Part shown: positions 1 through 10,186 of the stretch, piece after piece
How positions within the stretch are numbered: the stretch's first letter is position 1
How the letters are laid out: every line of letters begins with the position of its first letter
Virus record (IMG/VR): IMGVR_UViG_3300045988_144737
Source: a virus
Length of the DNA stretch: 64,000 nucleotides
Reading direction: 5' to 3' (one strand)
Program-made: the position numbers and the translations under genes
The notes under the pieces: generated by a model
Database searches by the model: none
What the model was told of the DNA's origin: nothing
The model's input: the letters and a program-made list of their open reading frames with translations, nothing else

Positions 1-1238
1 TTCTTTAACCATTCTCCGCCATCCCCAAGACCATATCCTAATAATCTATGAATTGTTGAACCATCTTGCCCCACAACTTCACCTAATCTTGATGCAGCCA
101 TGCCAGACAAAGCAGTTAAATTATAATATTCATTAGAACAAGAAATAATACCTTTTACAACAGTTGTCTTTCCAGTACCAGCAGGAGAGTTAATGGCTAA
201 AACATTTTTACTTAACGCTAATTTAATTGCATTGGCTTGCTCATCACTATATTTAAACCCTTGCTCTTCTTCTACTTGAGACATTCTTTTATTAAATTCT
301 TCTACTTCATCTTTACTCATTTGTCTATCTTGCTTTAACAATCTCATCAATTCACGACAAATACCCACCTCTAAATTCCTAGTTTTAACCATGGATATTT
401 TAGTTCGCTCCTCGTTTCTCCATACAATGTTTTTATCAACCAATTCATCCAAAGCGTCTCGTGTCGATAAAATAATTTTTTTCTTAGTTTGCTCATCTAA
501 AACTATATCAGGAAATAATGTATAAACCTTATCTACAATTTGTTGCGAATTCAACCATGTGTCACCGTTACTATTACTTTCTAGTAATGTGTGCATAATA
601 TATCCCCCAATTCGATATGTGCTAAATTTCTTAATGCCGACTTTTAATGCTATTTCATCAGCTTTAGCCCAACCAATTCCAGGAACATCTATAATCAACC
701 TATAAGGGTCGTGCTGTATCATATAGACCGCTTTTGACACATCTGGATAAATATTAGCTATAGTTTTAATAGTGTTCGCAGTTAAGCCATATTGGCTCAT
801 AGCACTAATAAAACTAAAATATTTTTTATTAAGCGTAAATCTTTCAATTAACTTCTTTGCACTAGACTCTCCAATCCCCTTAACCTTAGTAATTGAATCA
901 ATATCTTCGCTCGCTATAACTTCGATTGGATTATCATACACCTCTTTAAATGATTTAATTTGTCGAGGGGTTAAAATAATTCCCAAAAAGCTATCAACAT
1001 TCATCTTATCAACATCGATTGACTCATTAACAAAAACAATGTCTACTTGTTTTCCATACTTTTCATCATTAACCCAATTTCCAATAAGCGAATAAACAAC
1101 GTTTGATTTTGGTTCTGGAAATATCCCTTTCGCAGTAAACGTTTCATTGCTTTCAATATCGAGAAGGGAATAGATGCCCCAATCTCCTTTGCGATATACT
1201 ATTTTCTTAACGTATACACTTGTTTTAATTTCATTCAT
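1..1238 (-). CDS. RecD/RecD2-like SF1 DNA helicase, N-terminal ~412 codons (gene continues past window start)
   Basis: Not in ORF track because it is open at the edge. Minus-strand ATG at 1238 with GGAGGGAG upstream. Hand translation MNEIKTSVYVKKIVYRKGDWGIYS..., two HhH-like segments (KVKGIGESSAKKLIERF; VPGIGWAKADEIALKVG), and Walker A AINSPAGTGKTTVVKG encoded near nt 150-200. Confidence 0.7.
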   Translation of the reverse strand, partial: MNEIKTSVYVKKIVYRKGDWGIYSLLDIESNETFTAKGIFPEPKSNVVYSLIGNWVNDEKYGKQVDIVFVNESIDVDKMNVDSFLGIILTPRQIKSFKEVYDNPIEVIASEDIDSITKVKGIGESSAKKLIERFTLNKKYFSFISAMSQYGLTANTIKTIANIYPDVSKAVYMIQHDPYRLIIDVPGIGWAKADEIALKVGIKKFSTYRIGGYIMHTLLESNSNGDTWLNSQQIVDKVYTLFPDIVLDEQTKKKIILSTRDALDELVDKNIVWRNEERTKISMVKTRNLEVGICRELMRLLKQDRQMSKDEVEEFNKRMSQVEEEQGFKYSDEQANAIKLALSKNVLAINSPAGTGKTTVVKGIISCSNEYYNLTALSGMAASRLGEVVGQDGSTIHRLLGYGLGDGGEWLK

Positions 1239-1255
1239 ACAAAACTATCTCCCTC

Positions 1256-2877
1256 CTAATATGACAAAGTAGTCCACGCTTCAACTAACTCCTTTTTTTC
1301 ATCAGTATCTATCCATTTTTCTTTACCTTTATCAGTAACTATTTTTTTCTTCTTAAACTCTTCTTTGAATGTATTGACCTTTATTATACTATTTAACTTA
1401 AATGGTTGTTTTAGAAAATTAAATCTATTTTTGGTATTCGTAGAAATAATTTCACCATTTTGCAAGTTATATAATTTCATATAAGGTTTACATTCATCTC
1501 TATAAGTTTTATACTCCACTACATAATAAATTGATTTTAAATCATTGTTTGAATAAACAATATTTCCAACAAAGTCACTTTGAACTCTTAATATAAGTTT
1601 AAGCGGTATACTTTTATTTTCAATCTCTTTTTCTATATCTTTTAAAAACGAAATGCAATCAAACTCACTATATCTTTTTGGTGTTTTTTTATTACAATAT
1701 TGACCAACCTTTTCAATATCTACTTCATATGATTTAATTATCTTCTTTTCTTTTGGAGCATACTTTAGTTTATATTCGCTATCAAAAACAATATTATCAC
1801 TCGTTGAAAATTGTTTCTTATTATAAAATCTATCAAAATAATCTAAAATTGTCAATAACTTTTGTGACTTTCCAAATTCTTCAAAAAAATCTAACATAAT
1901 TAATATTTTTAACATTCCAAAATTAATAGACTTGATTTTTAATAATTCACATAACAAGTCAACAAAACTATCATACTCATTGTTTCTCAATAAATACAAA
2001 TCATCGCCAACTTGTTCCCCGATACTTTTTATATTCGACAATCCTTTATAAATCACTTTACTATCTTTATCGAAGAAATAAAATGATTTAGAATATCTAA
2101 ATTTCCAATTTGCGAATGTAATACCTACACCTTTGGCATAGTTAGTAATTCTCTCAACTTTCTCATGATTGTCGCCAAAAATATTCATAAAGGTAGTAAT
2201 AAACTCCAACGGATAATAATATCTTAAATAACCACAAATATAACCAATACAAGAATAAGCATCAGAGTGATTAAATGAGAAACCATATGAACTCGCATCC
2301 AATATAGCTTGAATAAATGGTTTAATAATTTCTTTACATTTTGTAACAGGAACATTATATTCTTGAGAAGTATATGAAATAAATCTACTTTCTATTTCTG
2401 GCAACAAAGATTCAGTGCCAGATTTTTTACTAATTGCTCTTCGAACATTGTCTGACTCCGCCATCGAATATCCACAAAATTTTACTAAGAACATCATAAT
2501 TTGTTCTTGCATTACTAATCTACCTAATGTTGGACTTAAAAAATCATCTAACTCTTTTAAACCATTGTGATAAAATTCTCCATTGGTTGCCTCGTCTCGA
2601 AAACTCGCACAACCAGGTCTGATTAGCCCGTTAGCAAAACTCATTAATTTGATTTTAGAGATATTTTGATTTGTCTCCTCTATTTTTGATAACGTTTTTT
2701 CACTAAACATATTTGATAATGTTTTATATCCTAATGGGGATTCCATTTGGAATATTCCAATGGTATCTCTAGCAATATCTTTCCAAACTTTTTCATCCTC
2801 TAAATCTACATTATCAGGAGTTAGTCTGGGTATGTTGGCTAATTTACAAGTTTCATTAATTAGCCCGATGTTATCTA
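1256..2877 (-). CDS. dnaE: DNA polymerase III alpha subunit (DnaE-type), exon 2 (fingers and C-terminal half)
   Basis: ORF 1256..2746 stays open in frame upstream to 2877 (..DNIGLINETCKLANIPRLTPDNVDLEDEKVWKDIARDTIGIFQMES). Motifs TIGIFQMES, GLIRPG, VMQEQIMMFL, SMAESDNVRRAISKK, GFSFNHSDAYS and YLRYYYPLEF match the DnaE fingers domain. Confidence 0.8.
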
Positions 2878-2895
2878 CAAATTTGTTACACTATG

Positions 2896-3192
2896 CTATT
2901 TTATAATATTTAATAATTTGTTTGTAATGTTATCTTTGTAACTTATTCTCTCTAGTTTAATGTTGTGTTTGCATAATAATTTTTCTTTAAGTTTATCCCT
3001 ATATTGACTATTTAAAAATTTTTGCTTATTTTTATGAAAATGTTTACTATATCTAAAATGTTGATTTCCATCAAACTCAATTACCAAATTTAAAGACTCG
3101 ATATAAATATCTACAAACATATGTTTGTTTGTTTTGTCGTTGACCCACCAATCCCATGTTTTTTCTAATTGATACTTTATATTTTTTTTCAT
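2896..3192 (-). CDS. Homing endonuclease nuclease domain (DUF559/Vsr-like PD-(D/E)XK), in a different frame from the upstream DNA-binding part
   Basis: ..FVDIYIESLNLVIEFDGNQHF.. is the same D-x-Y..IE-x-DG-x-QH core as the endonucleases at 60465 and 62002. It begins inside an A8 run (T8 at 3182-3189 on plus). Confidence 0.55.
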   Translation of the reverse strand: MKKNIKYQLEKTWDWWVNDKTNKHMFVDIYIESLNLVIEFDGNQHFRYSKHFHKNKQKFLNSQYRDKLKEKLLCKHNIKLERISYKDNITNKLLNIIK

Positions 3193-3940
3193 CCAACATT
3201 TTAGTAATAATAATCATGCCACTACTCATATTTCCATAAGAACGATAATTGTTTCCAAACAATTCAAATAATTCTTCTTTATTAAAATAAGTTGAAATAG
3301 CTTGATATGTAAATTCACATTCTAAATCAATAACATATTTAGATATGAATCCATATAAATTATAGCATCTCTTTAATTCCTTTAAAATATGCTCTTTCCC
3401 ATAAACTTTATTTTGTGGTTCATATCCCAATTGTTCAATCATATCATTCCAACCATCAAAATACTTTCTTATAGTGGCACTACTATAAGAACCATGTTGT
3501 TTATATATTCCATAATCAACCTTATTAAAATAGTTAATTACTTTCAACACGTCTTCAATCAATTCATCTTTAGACACATTCTTAGGGGTATTGATTTTCA
3601 AATTATAACTTTTTAACAAGTTGTTATAACCTCCAAAAATTCTTCTTACCGTGCTACTATGAACGCCATATTTTATCAAAGTATCTTTTTTTATTGGAAT
3701 ATTATCAACTATCATTTTCGAGACAACATTGTCAATAAACTCTTTATCAATTTCATTATATTTTTTTAATTTAATTCCTAATTCTTCGCAAACTTTCTTA
3801 AATCCTCCGTATTTGTTAAAATGCCATTGAGCATTTATATCTAAACCGCTATCTTTACTAAAGTCTTTTAAATATACATTACCCTTTTCTTTATAAATTT
3901 CTAATAATTTTTCACATAACAATTCTTTTGTTATTTTCAC
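3077..3940 (-). CDS. Homing endonuclease DNA-binding part (four homing-endonuclease-associated-repeat-like units)
   Basis: Repeated units HFNKYGGFKKVCEELGI, STVRRIFGGYNNLLKSYNL, ATIRKYFDGWNDMIEQLGY, AISTYFNKEELFELFG. GTG start after AAGGTGA. Frame ends 115 nt after the A8 run. Confidence 0.55.
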   Translation of the reverse strand: MKITKELLCEKLLEIYKEKGNVYLKDFSKDSGLDINAQWHFNKYGGFKKVCEELGIKLKKYNEIDKEFIDNVVSKMIVDNIPIKKDTLIKYGVHSSTVRRIFGGYNNLLKSYNLKINTPKNVSKDELIEDVLKVINYFNKVDYGIYKQHGSYSSATIRKYFDGWNDMIEQLGYEPQNKVYGKEHILKELKRCYNLYGFISKYVIDLECEFTYQAISTYFNKEELFELFGNNYRSYGNMSSGMIIITKMLDEKKYKVSIRKNMGLVGQRQNKQTYVCRYLYRVFKFGN

Positions 3941-4239
3941 AATCTATCAATCACCTTAATTATTTTTTTTGCATAGTGGATAAGTCATTTCTGCTTATCT
4001 CTCATGTTTTTCACATGATGTTCAGACTATATAATTCACGAATATTATTCGCTAGTGGGGTTTTTATATACAATCACTTGTATATAAATAAGATATTCTT
4101 ATAGTCGTTGAGGCGGAACTTATCGTGCCTGCTGATTACCCATTGTTACATACTTTGAATTGTCACTTTGTTTCAAGTATCAAAGCCTTTAGGGCTTCCC
4201 AGCATATAACCCACTTTTACTTGGACTAGTAAAACGTCA

Positions 4240-5881
4240 ATCCAAGAATATCAAGTTTCACATACCCCATATGTCCTATTTCGCCCATATTGACACAACT
4301 GACGGGGTACAAGCTATCCTTAGTAGTAAATGTACCAAACTCCCTAAAAATGTTTCTATCACTAATTATTGAACCAGCAGGATGATTTCCTAAAGAAACA
4401 ATTGTACCATTTAAGATATCTACCATTTTAAATTCGTTAGGGTACATCTCCCTATACTTATCTAAACTATCATCTTCCGTAGAATTAGCAACCATACTTA
4501 TAACATCTTCACCATGGCCAAAAGTTGGAAACACATCTCTAATTGCTCCCTTAAGTGCAATGGTATTAAATGTTACAATTTGGCAAGTATATAATTTAGG
4601 ATTATTTAATTTATCTTTTAAAATAAATTCATCAATTCTCTTTTTGTCCTTTTCGTAATAATCGCTATCAATATCAGCCAAAGTCACACGAGATGGATTG
4701 GCATATCTAAAGAAGTTTAAGTCAAACTTAATACTATTCATTTCTGTAATATCCAACAAATAAGCAATCATTGAGCCAGATACAGAACCACGACCAGGTC
4801 CGCAAAAAATACCATTTGACTTTTCCCAATCACGAATATATTTTTGCAATAAAGTAAAGTCAATTAAGTTTGTTTTTTGATATATTGATAACTCCTCATT
4901 AATTCGATGTTTTAATACATCATTAGGAATATCTTTTATATATTCCCATTTGTCTTTCATTCCTTTTAAAATCTTTTGTTTCAAAGTTGTTAAAGGGTCA
5001 TCACTTAATTTTGGATATTTAAACGAAACATCAATTTCATATTCTTCACAACCATTAACCAAAGTATGAGTATTTTCAATTCCCTCATAAACATATTTCA
5101 TATCGATTCCAGTTTTTTCAAACGCATTAATCAATTCATTATAATCCTTAAAGCACAAATCCCAACCATCTTCACTATCAAAATGAATTTTTTTTCTTTG
5201 TTGCAAAGTTTTTCTACCCTCAAATGAATTTTGGTCAATGCAATGGGTGTCAGTTCCAACAATTAAAGGTATACCAAATTTATTATGTAAAGCAATTAAT
5301 TGTTTGTTGTAAGTAATTTGCTCCTCGACATTATGATGTTGAATTTCTAAAAAACATCTATCTTTGTTATCATAAAAGAATTTTATCATCTTTTTTTTCA
5401 TACTTTCACTTGCACTTGGTGAAATTGTGCCACCCAAACATGCTGATGAAAAGTAGAAATTATCACTTAGATTTAATAATTCATCAATAGATATCCTTGG
5501 ATAAAAATAAAACCTTACGACATCATCAATAACTTTAACATTTTCTCTATTAAAACTCTTGCTAACTAATTCATTTAATTCATAAAAAGCCTCTTTGTTC
5601 TTACAATAAATACAAATATGTCGATTATCCCTAATCAATTCATCATGAGTTTCAGTGATATATGCTTCAATCGCATGAATATATTTCAATCCTTGTTTTT
5701 CAGCATATGTCTTTTTATGATACCAAGATAACAAATTTCCATGTTCTGTAAAGACAATTGACTTCATTCCACACTCTTTTGCCCTATCAATAAATTTCGT
5801 ATAGTCATCTATTGAATCGATAATTGTTGTTCCGTTTGACAATTGTGTATGACAATGAATAATATTATAATTATCTTGCAT
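4240..5881 (-). CDS. dnaE: DNA polymerase III alpha subunit (DnaE-type), exon 1 (PHP domain and palm)
   Basis: PHP motif IHCHTQLSNG..FTEHGN. GPGRGSVSGSMIAYLLDITE and RVTLADIDSDY match the DnaE palm. Exon ends ..GYVKLDILG plus 1 nt, and the ORF-track tail LTFY* is intron read-through. Confidence 0.85.
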
Positions 5882-5907
5882 TTTTACACCTCTCTTTTTG
5901 ACAATAT

Positions 5908-6669
5908 TTATTTTTGAATTATATATCTACACTTTTGCGACAAGGCTTTTTTAGATTCTCTATATTCTCCTTGCGATTTAATATATAACACTTCGGTTCT
6001 AATGCCTAATTCTTTACAAGCAATTTCATAATTATAATTATCTTCTTGTTTAGCAGTTCCAATAACTATAATTATATAAAAGTTTTTATATTTATTCAAG
6101 ATTTGTAATAATATTTTTCTACAATGCTCTAAGTCATTGTCTTTTCTAATTACAACCCTTAAATGTGGCTTTGTTTTATAGTCAATACCTACATATTCAT
6201 ATGAATATGCTATCCTTTTATCGTCAAATGTAAAACCATGATTGTGAACACCATCGTTAACATTCTTTCTTAGCTTACGAGAACTGCTAGTTTCAATCCA
6301 AGGAGAGTTTGGCAATAATCTGCTTTTAGCCAATTTAACATGGGTACTACGACAAAAATATTTATTCCCATTGCTAATATAATAATTACCCAAAGCATTG
6401 CTTAATCGTGTTCCAATTCCCAACCCTTGATAGTCAGGCAACACAACTAATCTATGCTCTCTATAACCATTCTTTAATGTACCACTCGGTATTGGCAACA
6501 CGCTATCCATAGCAACGATAACCCCATTCCAAGTAGCAATATACATCTTGCAAGCGTTGTTTAAGTTTACACTTAAATAGTGATGGTTAGCAAACAATCT
6601 CCAAAGCGATTTGTTTGTTGTTTCGTACACTTGCAAGGTAATAACTCCCCCAGCGCTTGACCACGACAA
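5908..6669 (-). CDS. GNAT-family acetyltransferase domain protein, probably the C-terminal part of a fusion with the upstream ATPase
   Basis: RLVVLPDYQGLGIGTRLSNALG is the acetyl-CoA binding motif A. The frame opens right after a TGA, no convincing own start (TTG, first ATG is 42 codons in). Confidence 0.6.
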   Translation of the reverse strand: MSWSSAGGVITLQVYETTNKSLWRLFANHHYLSVNLNNACKMYIATWNGVIVAMDSVLPIPSGTLKNGYREHRLVVLPDYQGLGIGTRLSNALGNYYISNGNKYFCRSTHVKLAKSRLLPNSPWIETSSSRKLRKNVNDGVHNHGFTFDDKRIAYSYEYVGIDYKTKPHLRVVIRKDNDLEHCRKILLQILNKYKNFYIIIVIGTAKQEDNYNYEIACKELGIRTEVLYIKSQGEYRESKKALSQKCRYIIQK

Positions 6670-7304
6670 TCATAAATCAATTCCTCGTCTAAATCAATTA
6701 CAATACTAGGTTGTAAAAAATCTATGTAATCTTTATGACAACTTACAAATACAACATTGTGTAAATCATGCTCTTTAATATACTTACCCAATCCTTTGGC
6801 ACAACTCTTAGCAACATTTCTATCAATTGTTGATGTAAACTCATCAAAAATAGTATGGCTATCAATATTTAAGGCAACATCAGCTCTAAATCCCTCTCCA
6901 ACACTTAAAACATTTCTAGGTCTACACCATGTAGGAATTGAATTTAACCCGACACTTGTTAGTCTGTTAGTCGCATCTTCGACGCTTTTAAAATTACTAA
7001 TTAATGCTTTGGCATTGTCGTATTGTTTGTTTGTAAATTTTGCAAATGTTAATGTTTGTGCTAATGTACTTTTACCACTACCGCTTGCACCGCAAATAAC
7101 AATACTTTGAATATCATTGCTTTTATTAATCTCATTAATTAATTCTTTTGGTAACTCATAAGGATAAAATTTACTTGTACCATCAAAATCATAATCAAAA
7201 TTATTTTGAATTGCATTTGTAAAATCATCTATTGGTACTTTTGATACCAAGGGTTTATCGCCTCTTTTAATGTTGGCAATAACCTTACATTCATTATATT
7301 TCAT
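6573..7304 (-). CDS. ABC-type ATPase domain protein
   Basis: Walker A GASGSGKST, signature-like LSVGEGFRADVA, Walker B IFDEFTSTIDR, H-loop-like VSCHKD. Confidence 0.65.
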   Translation of the reverse strand: MKYNECKVIANIKRGDKPLVSKVPIDDFTNAIQNNFDYDFDGTSKFYPYELPKELINEINKSNDIQSIVICGASGSGKSTLAQTLTFAKFTNKQYDNAKALISNFKSVEDATNRLTSVGLNSIPTWCRPRNVLSVGEGFRADVALNIDSHTIFDEFTSTIDRNVAKSCAKGLGKYIKEHDLHNVVFVSCHKDYIDFLQPSIVIDLDEELIYDCRGQALGELLPCKCTKQQTNRFGDCLLTITI

Positions 7305-7405
7305 TTTTTAATTTCCTTTCTTTTTAAATTAATTTTCTTTCTATGTATATATAATAACCCTCAACTAAATATAAGTCAAGGGTTATTTTGAAAATTTGTT
7401 TAAAA

Positions 7406-7642
7406 TTATTTGAATTTTTTACAGCACCCACAATTAGAATTACCCGATAAACGCTTATTAATAAGTTCAAAGTCATTTTGATTAAATGGCAATATAATAA
7501 TTGGAAGGTTTTCTAATTTAATATCGCCATTTTTTATTTGTTCTAAAGATTCCTCGAACAAATGAATTATATTTTCAAAATCTTTTATCGAACTAATCTT
7601 GTTCAAGTTATAAAACGACATATTTTTATTAGTCATCGTCAT
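7406..7642 (-). CDS. Hypothetical small protein (C-terminal CGCC motif)
   Basis: ATG at 7642 preceded by GGGAGTGAAAAG. The upstream part of ORF 7406..7729 overlaps the neighbouring gene, so it was trimmed. Confidence 0.45.
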   Translation of the reverse strand: MTMTNKNMSFYNLNKISSIKDFENIIHLFEESLEQIKNGDIKLENLPIIILPFNQNDFELINKRLSGNSNCGCCKKFK

Positions 7643-7661
7643 TTTCTTTTCACTCCCTTTC

Positions 7662-7916
7662 TTATTTTTTCTTTCCCATATCTTCAACAAATTTACGTGT
7701 ACTAGCATGGTCTTGAACATTACATTCATTAATTGACGCTATACAATTTCGTACCGTTGTAGTCGTTATATTAATAATTTTATTTCCTATAAGCCCAATT
7801 GCATCATCGTCATATAAAAATGTATAGTTAGCCTCATACAAAATAGATGTAATTAGCTTTGGAAGTTCAATATACAAATCAATCTCGCCCTTGTCTTGAA
7901 ATTCTCTTTTAATCAT
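7662..7916 (-). CDS. Hypothetical protein
   Basis: 84-aa ORF in the operon, AGGAGG upstream. Confidence 0.45.
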   Translation of the reverse strand: MIKREFQDKGEIDLYIELPKLITSILYEANYTFLYDDDAIGLIGNKIINITTTTVRNCIASINECNVQDHASTRKFVEDMGKKK

Positions 7917-7931
7917 AATAATATCCTCCTT

Positions 7932-9119
7932 TTAAAAATTAAAGAAACTATCAACATCATTAACCTCAATTTTATTAGGGTTACTCATATTGACAAAATT
8001 ATCTTCTTCTTTTTGTTTTTCAATATCTTCTAATTGTTTTTTATAAATTGCAAATGGTTTATGATATTTATCACTATAACCACATAAATTATATAAATAA
8101 AAACTGTTTTTCTTTTCATTTACATCATACATGAATACACTATCATCTTCGTTTTGTTCATAAAGTCTTATTTTGTTTTCAATTTCATCACAAGTTTGAC
8201 TTAATTGTTCAATAAATTCTTTTTCTACATTTTCATCAATATCGACATATACATAACAATCATTGAAAACAAACTTATCTTGAATTTCACTCGGCAAACA
8301 CTCTAATGAATTGCTATATTCAACTTCATCTAACAACACTTCGATTTCTTTTGGTTCATAATTAAATTTTTTCAACCATTTTTTAATATCATTTTTTAAA
8401 ACCTTTCCGTACTCTCTACGCTCGACAATTCTATCTTTGAATTTTAATTGACCATCTTTTGTTTTCCCAATTTGTTGTACAGTTATATTATAATATTTTA
8501 AAAAATTCCAACAAGTTTTAATTTTATCATACTCAATTCCTTTGGTTTGATGTAGCCCGATTGTATATAATTTTAGTTGTTGTGAGTTTTGCTCAATCTT
8601 ATTACCTTTGTAAATTGTACTCGTTTTAAAGTCTTGTTGCATCAACACTCCATCGTTGATATTCAACATATCGATATAGCCCATAAATATTCGATTTCCA
8701 ACCTTTGTGTATACAGTGGTTTCACATAAATTATTCCCTTTTAATGGTTTAAAGTTTTCACAATAATCTATCAAATTATTATAATAGTTATAAGCAATTT
8801 GAGCGTCTTTTGTCTCGTCGCTTGTAAAACCAATTTGTAATATTTGCAATTCCTCAAATCTATCTTTAAATCTTTTAGCAATTTCCTCTTTTTTTATATT
8901 TCCTTCATAATATTTTTGTAATAAATCATGAATACAAGAACCTAATTCTAAATACGCTTTGCTTGTTGTTTTGTCTGGTTTTATGTGTTTTACATATTTT
9001 AAAAAATATTCATATTCATCTTGTAAATAACAAGAAACTTCACTCCAAGACCAAACCTTATCAACATTAAATTTGTTTTTTAGTAATTCAATTTTTTCTT
9101 TATGACCGTTTCTTCCCAT
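7932..9119 (-). CDS. PD-(D/E)XK (RecB-family/Cas4-like) exonuclease
   Basis: GYIDML...QQDFKTS (D..D/E-x-K) and QLKLYTIGL (QhxxY) motifs. Sits in the recombination/replication context. Confidence 0.6.
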   Translation of the reverse strand: MGRNGHKEKIELLKNKFNVDKVWSWSEVSCYLQDEYEYFLKYVKHIKPDKTTSKAYLELGSCIHDLLQKYYEGNIKKEEIAKRFKDRFEELQILQIGFTSDETKDAQIAYNYYNNLIDYCENFKPLKGNNLCETTVYTKVGNRIFMGYIDMLNINDGVLMQQDFKTSTIYKGNKIEQNSQQLKLYTIGLHQTKGIEYDKIKTCWNFLKYYNITVQQIGKTKDGQLKFKDRIVERREYGKVLKNDIKKWLKKFNYEPKEIEVLLDEVEYSNSLECLPSEIQDKFVFNDCYVYVDIDENVEKEFIEQLSQTCDEIENKIRLYEQNEDDSVFMYDVNEKKNSFYLYNLCGYSDKYHKPFAIYKKQLEDIEKQKEEDNFVNMSNPNKIEVNDVDSFFNF

Positions 9120-9121
9120 TG

Positions 9122-10186
9122 TTATGCACCCCTTTCTTCTAACAATTTTAAATAGTGCAAATGTTTGCTTTCGTCATATTTTATCCTTTGATTAAACATA
9201 GCTTTATAATCATTATCACATAGGTCAGCAGGAGCCATATGGTCTTGTAGGGCGTTGTTTTTATCATATAGGTAAAATACATTACGAATGTTATAAAATT
9301 GCTCACAAGCCTTATATATATCCAATAATGACACATCTTTGTCAAAACTAATTATAACATCAACATTTAATCCAATTAAAATTTTTGCTTGTTCATTACT
9401 AATCGAATGACAACCTAAACTAACTCCTGTAAAATCGAAACGAGAATGTCTCTTCCAAACGCTTTTCTCCGCTTCATGAACAGTTACATACCCATTTGTT
9501 TGTATTCCATAATAATTATTATATAAACCATATAAATTATTACCTTTAGGATATGCTTTGATAGGAAAATATTTGGGAATATCAAACAATTCATAATTTT
9601 CAATTGTGGTTCTCCTCATAACACCAACCAATTTCCCATCATCGTATTTATAATGCGGAATAATTATTGCTTGTCTATAATAATCATATCCAATATTAAA
9701 TTCTTCTCTAGTAAATTCTGCAACTCCCTCTTTTACTAATGAAATATGTAAATATGGAAATGAGTTTAACAAAACATTATCATCAACTTCTTCGAGTTGT
9801 ATATTTTGATATCTTTGTTTTTTTACTTTTGTAAAAATATCTAATGGATTTTTTACCTCGTCTTTAATAACTTTTCCATTGTATGAATATTTTAGACCAT
9901 ATAATTTGTGTAAGTATTTCATACATTGACCAAACGTTAGGTTTTTATATTTCATAACCAAAGCATAAATATCTCCATGCCAATTTTCGCTGTATATTGT
10001 AACCTTTAAGGTTTCTTTATTTAATGCCAAAGATGTAGAATTAGTGTGGTTTGGTCTAGCACATCTAATTTCTTTGTCATTGGCATTTATTTTAGTACAA
10101 CCAATATCTCTTAGGGTTTTTTCTGCCAAATCATTATCAATAATATATTTTTTTAACTCATTTGGACTCACATATAACCCTCCCAA
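9122..10186 (-). CDS. DNA primase (N-terminal zinc-binding-like region plus TOPRIM-like domain)
   Basis: VTVHEAEKSVWK (TOPRIM Glu) and VIISFDKDV (DxD), immediately downstream of the helicase gene. Confidence 0.6.
   Translation of the reverse strand: MGGLYVSPNELKKYIIDNDLAEKTLRDIGCTKINANDKEIRCARPNHTNSTSLALNKETLKVTIYSENWHGDIYALVMKYKNLTFGQCMKYLHKLYGLKYSYNGKVIKDEVKNPLDIFTKVKKQRYQNIQLEEVDDNVLLNSFPYLHISLVKEGVAEFTREEFNIGYDYYRQAIIIPHYKYDDGKLVGVMRRTTIENYELFDIPKYFPIKAYPKGNNLYGLYNNYYGIQTNGYVTVHEAEKSVWKRHSRFDFTGVSLGCHSISNEQAKILIGLNVDVIISFDKDVSLLDIYKACEQFYNIRNVFYLYDKNNALQDHMAPADLCDNDYKAMFNQRIKYDESKHLHYLKLLEERGA

Larger units (their letters stand above)
2878..4239 (-). mobile_element. Group I intron (IA2-like core) interrupting dnaE, with a homing-endonuclease gene in its 3' part
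   Basis: Minus strand. P1: exon CTTGGAT (4240-4246) pairs with GTCCAAG (4220-4226), with U.G at the splice site. P element ATATGCTGGGAAGCC, Q AATCAGCAGG, R CTCAACGACTATAAG, S AATTATATAGTCTGAAC. Intron ends in G at 2878. Joining restores ..KLDILG-L-DNIGLINE.. (DnaE LGL motif) in frame. Confidence 0.75.

Noticed and set aside
772-1095. 107-aa plus-strand ORF
   Set aside because: Lies antisense to the RecD-like helicase frame, which has clear motifs. Low-complexity L/I/S/F-rich product, no RBS.
3389-3616. 75-aa plus-strand ORF
   Set aside because: Antisense to the intron endonuclease gene. Hydrophobic, AT-codon artefact.
2878-4239. Possibility that the dnaE interruption is an intein or that the two halves are separate subunit genes
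   Set aside because: The spacer has stop codons in the exon frame, its own differently framed endonuclease ORFs, and group I P/Q/R/S elements with a P1 helix. The split falls inside the contiguous LGL motif.
6757-7110. 117-aa plus-strand ORF
   Set aside because: Antisense to the ABC-ATPase gene, no RBS, low-complexity product.
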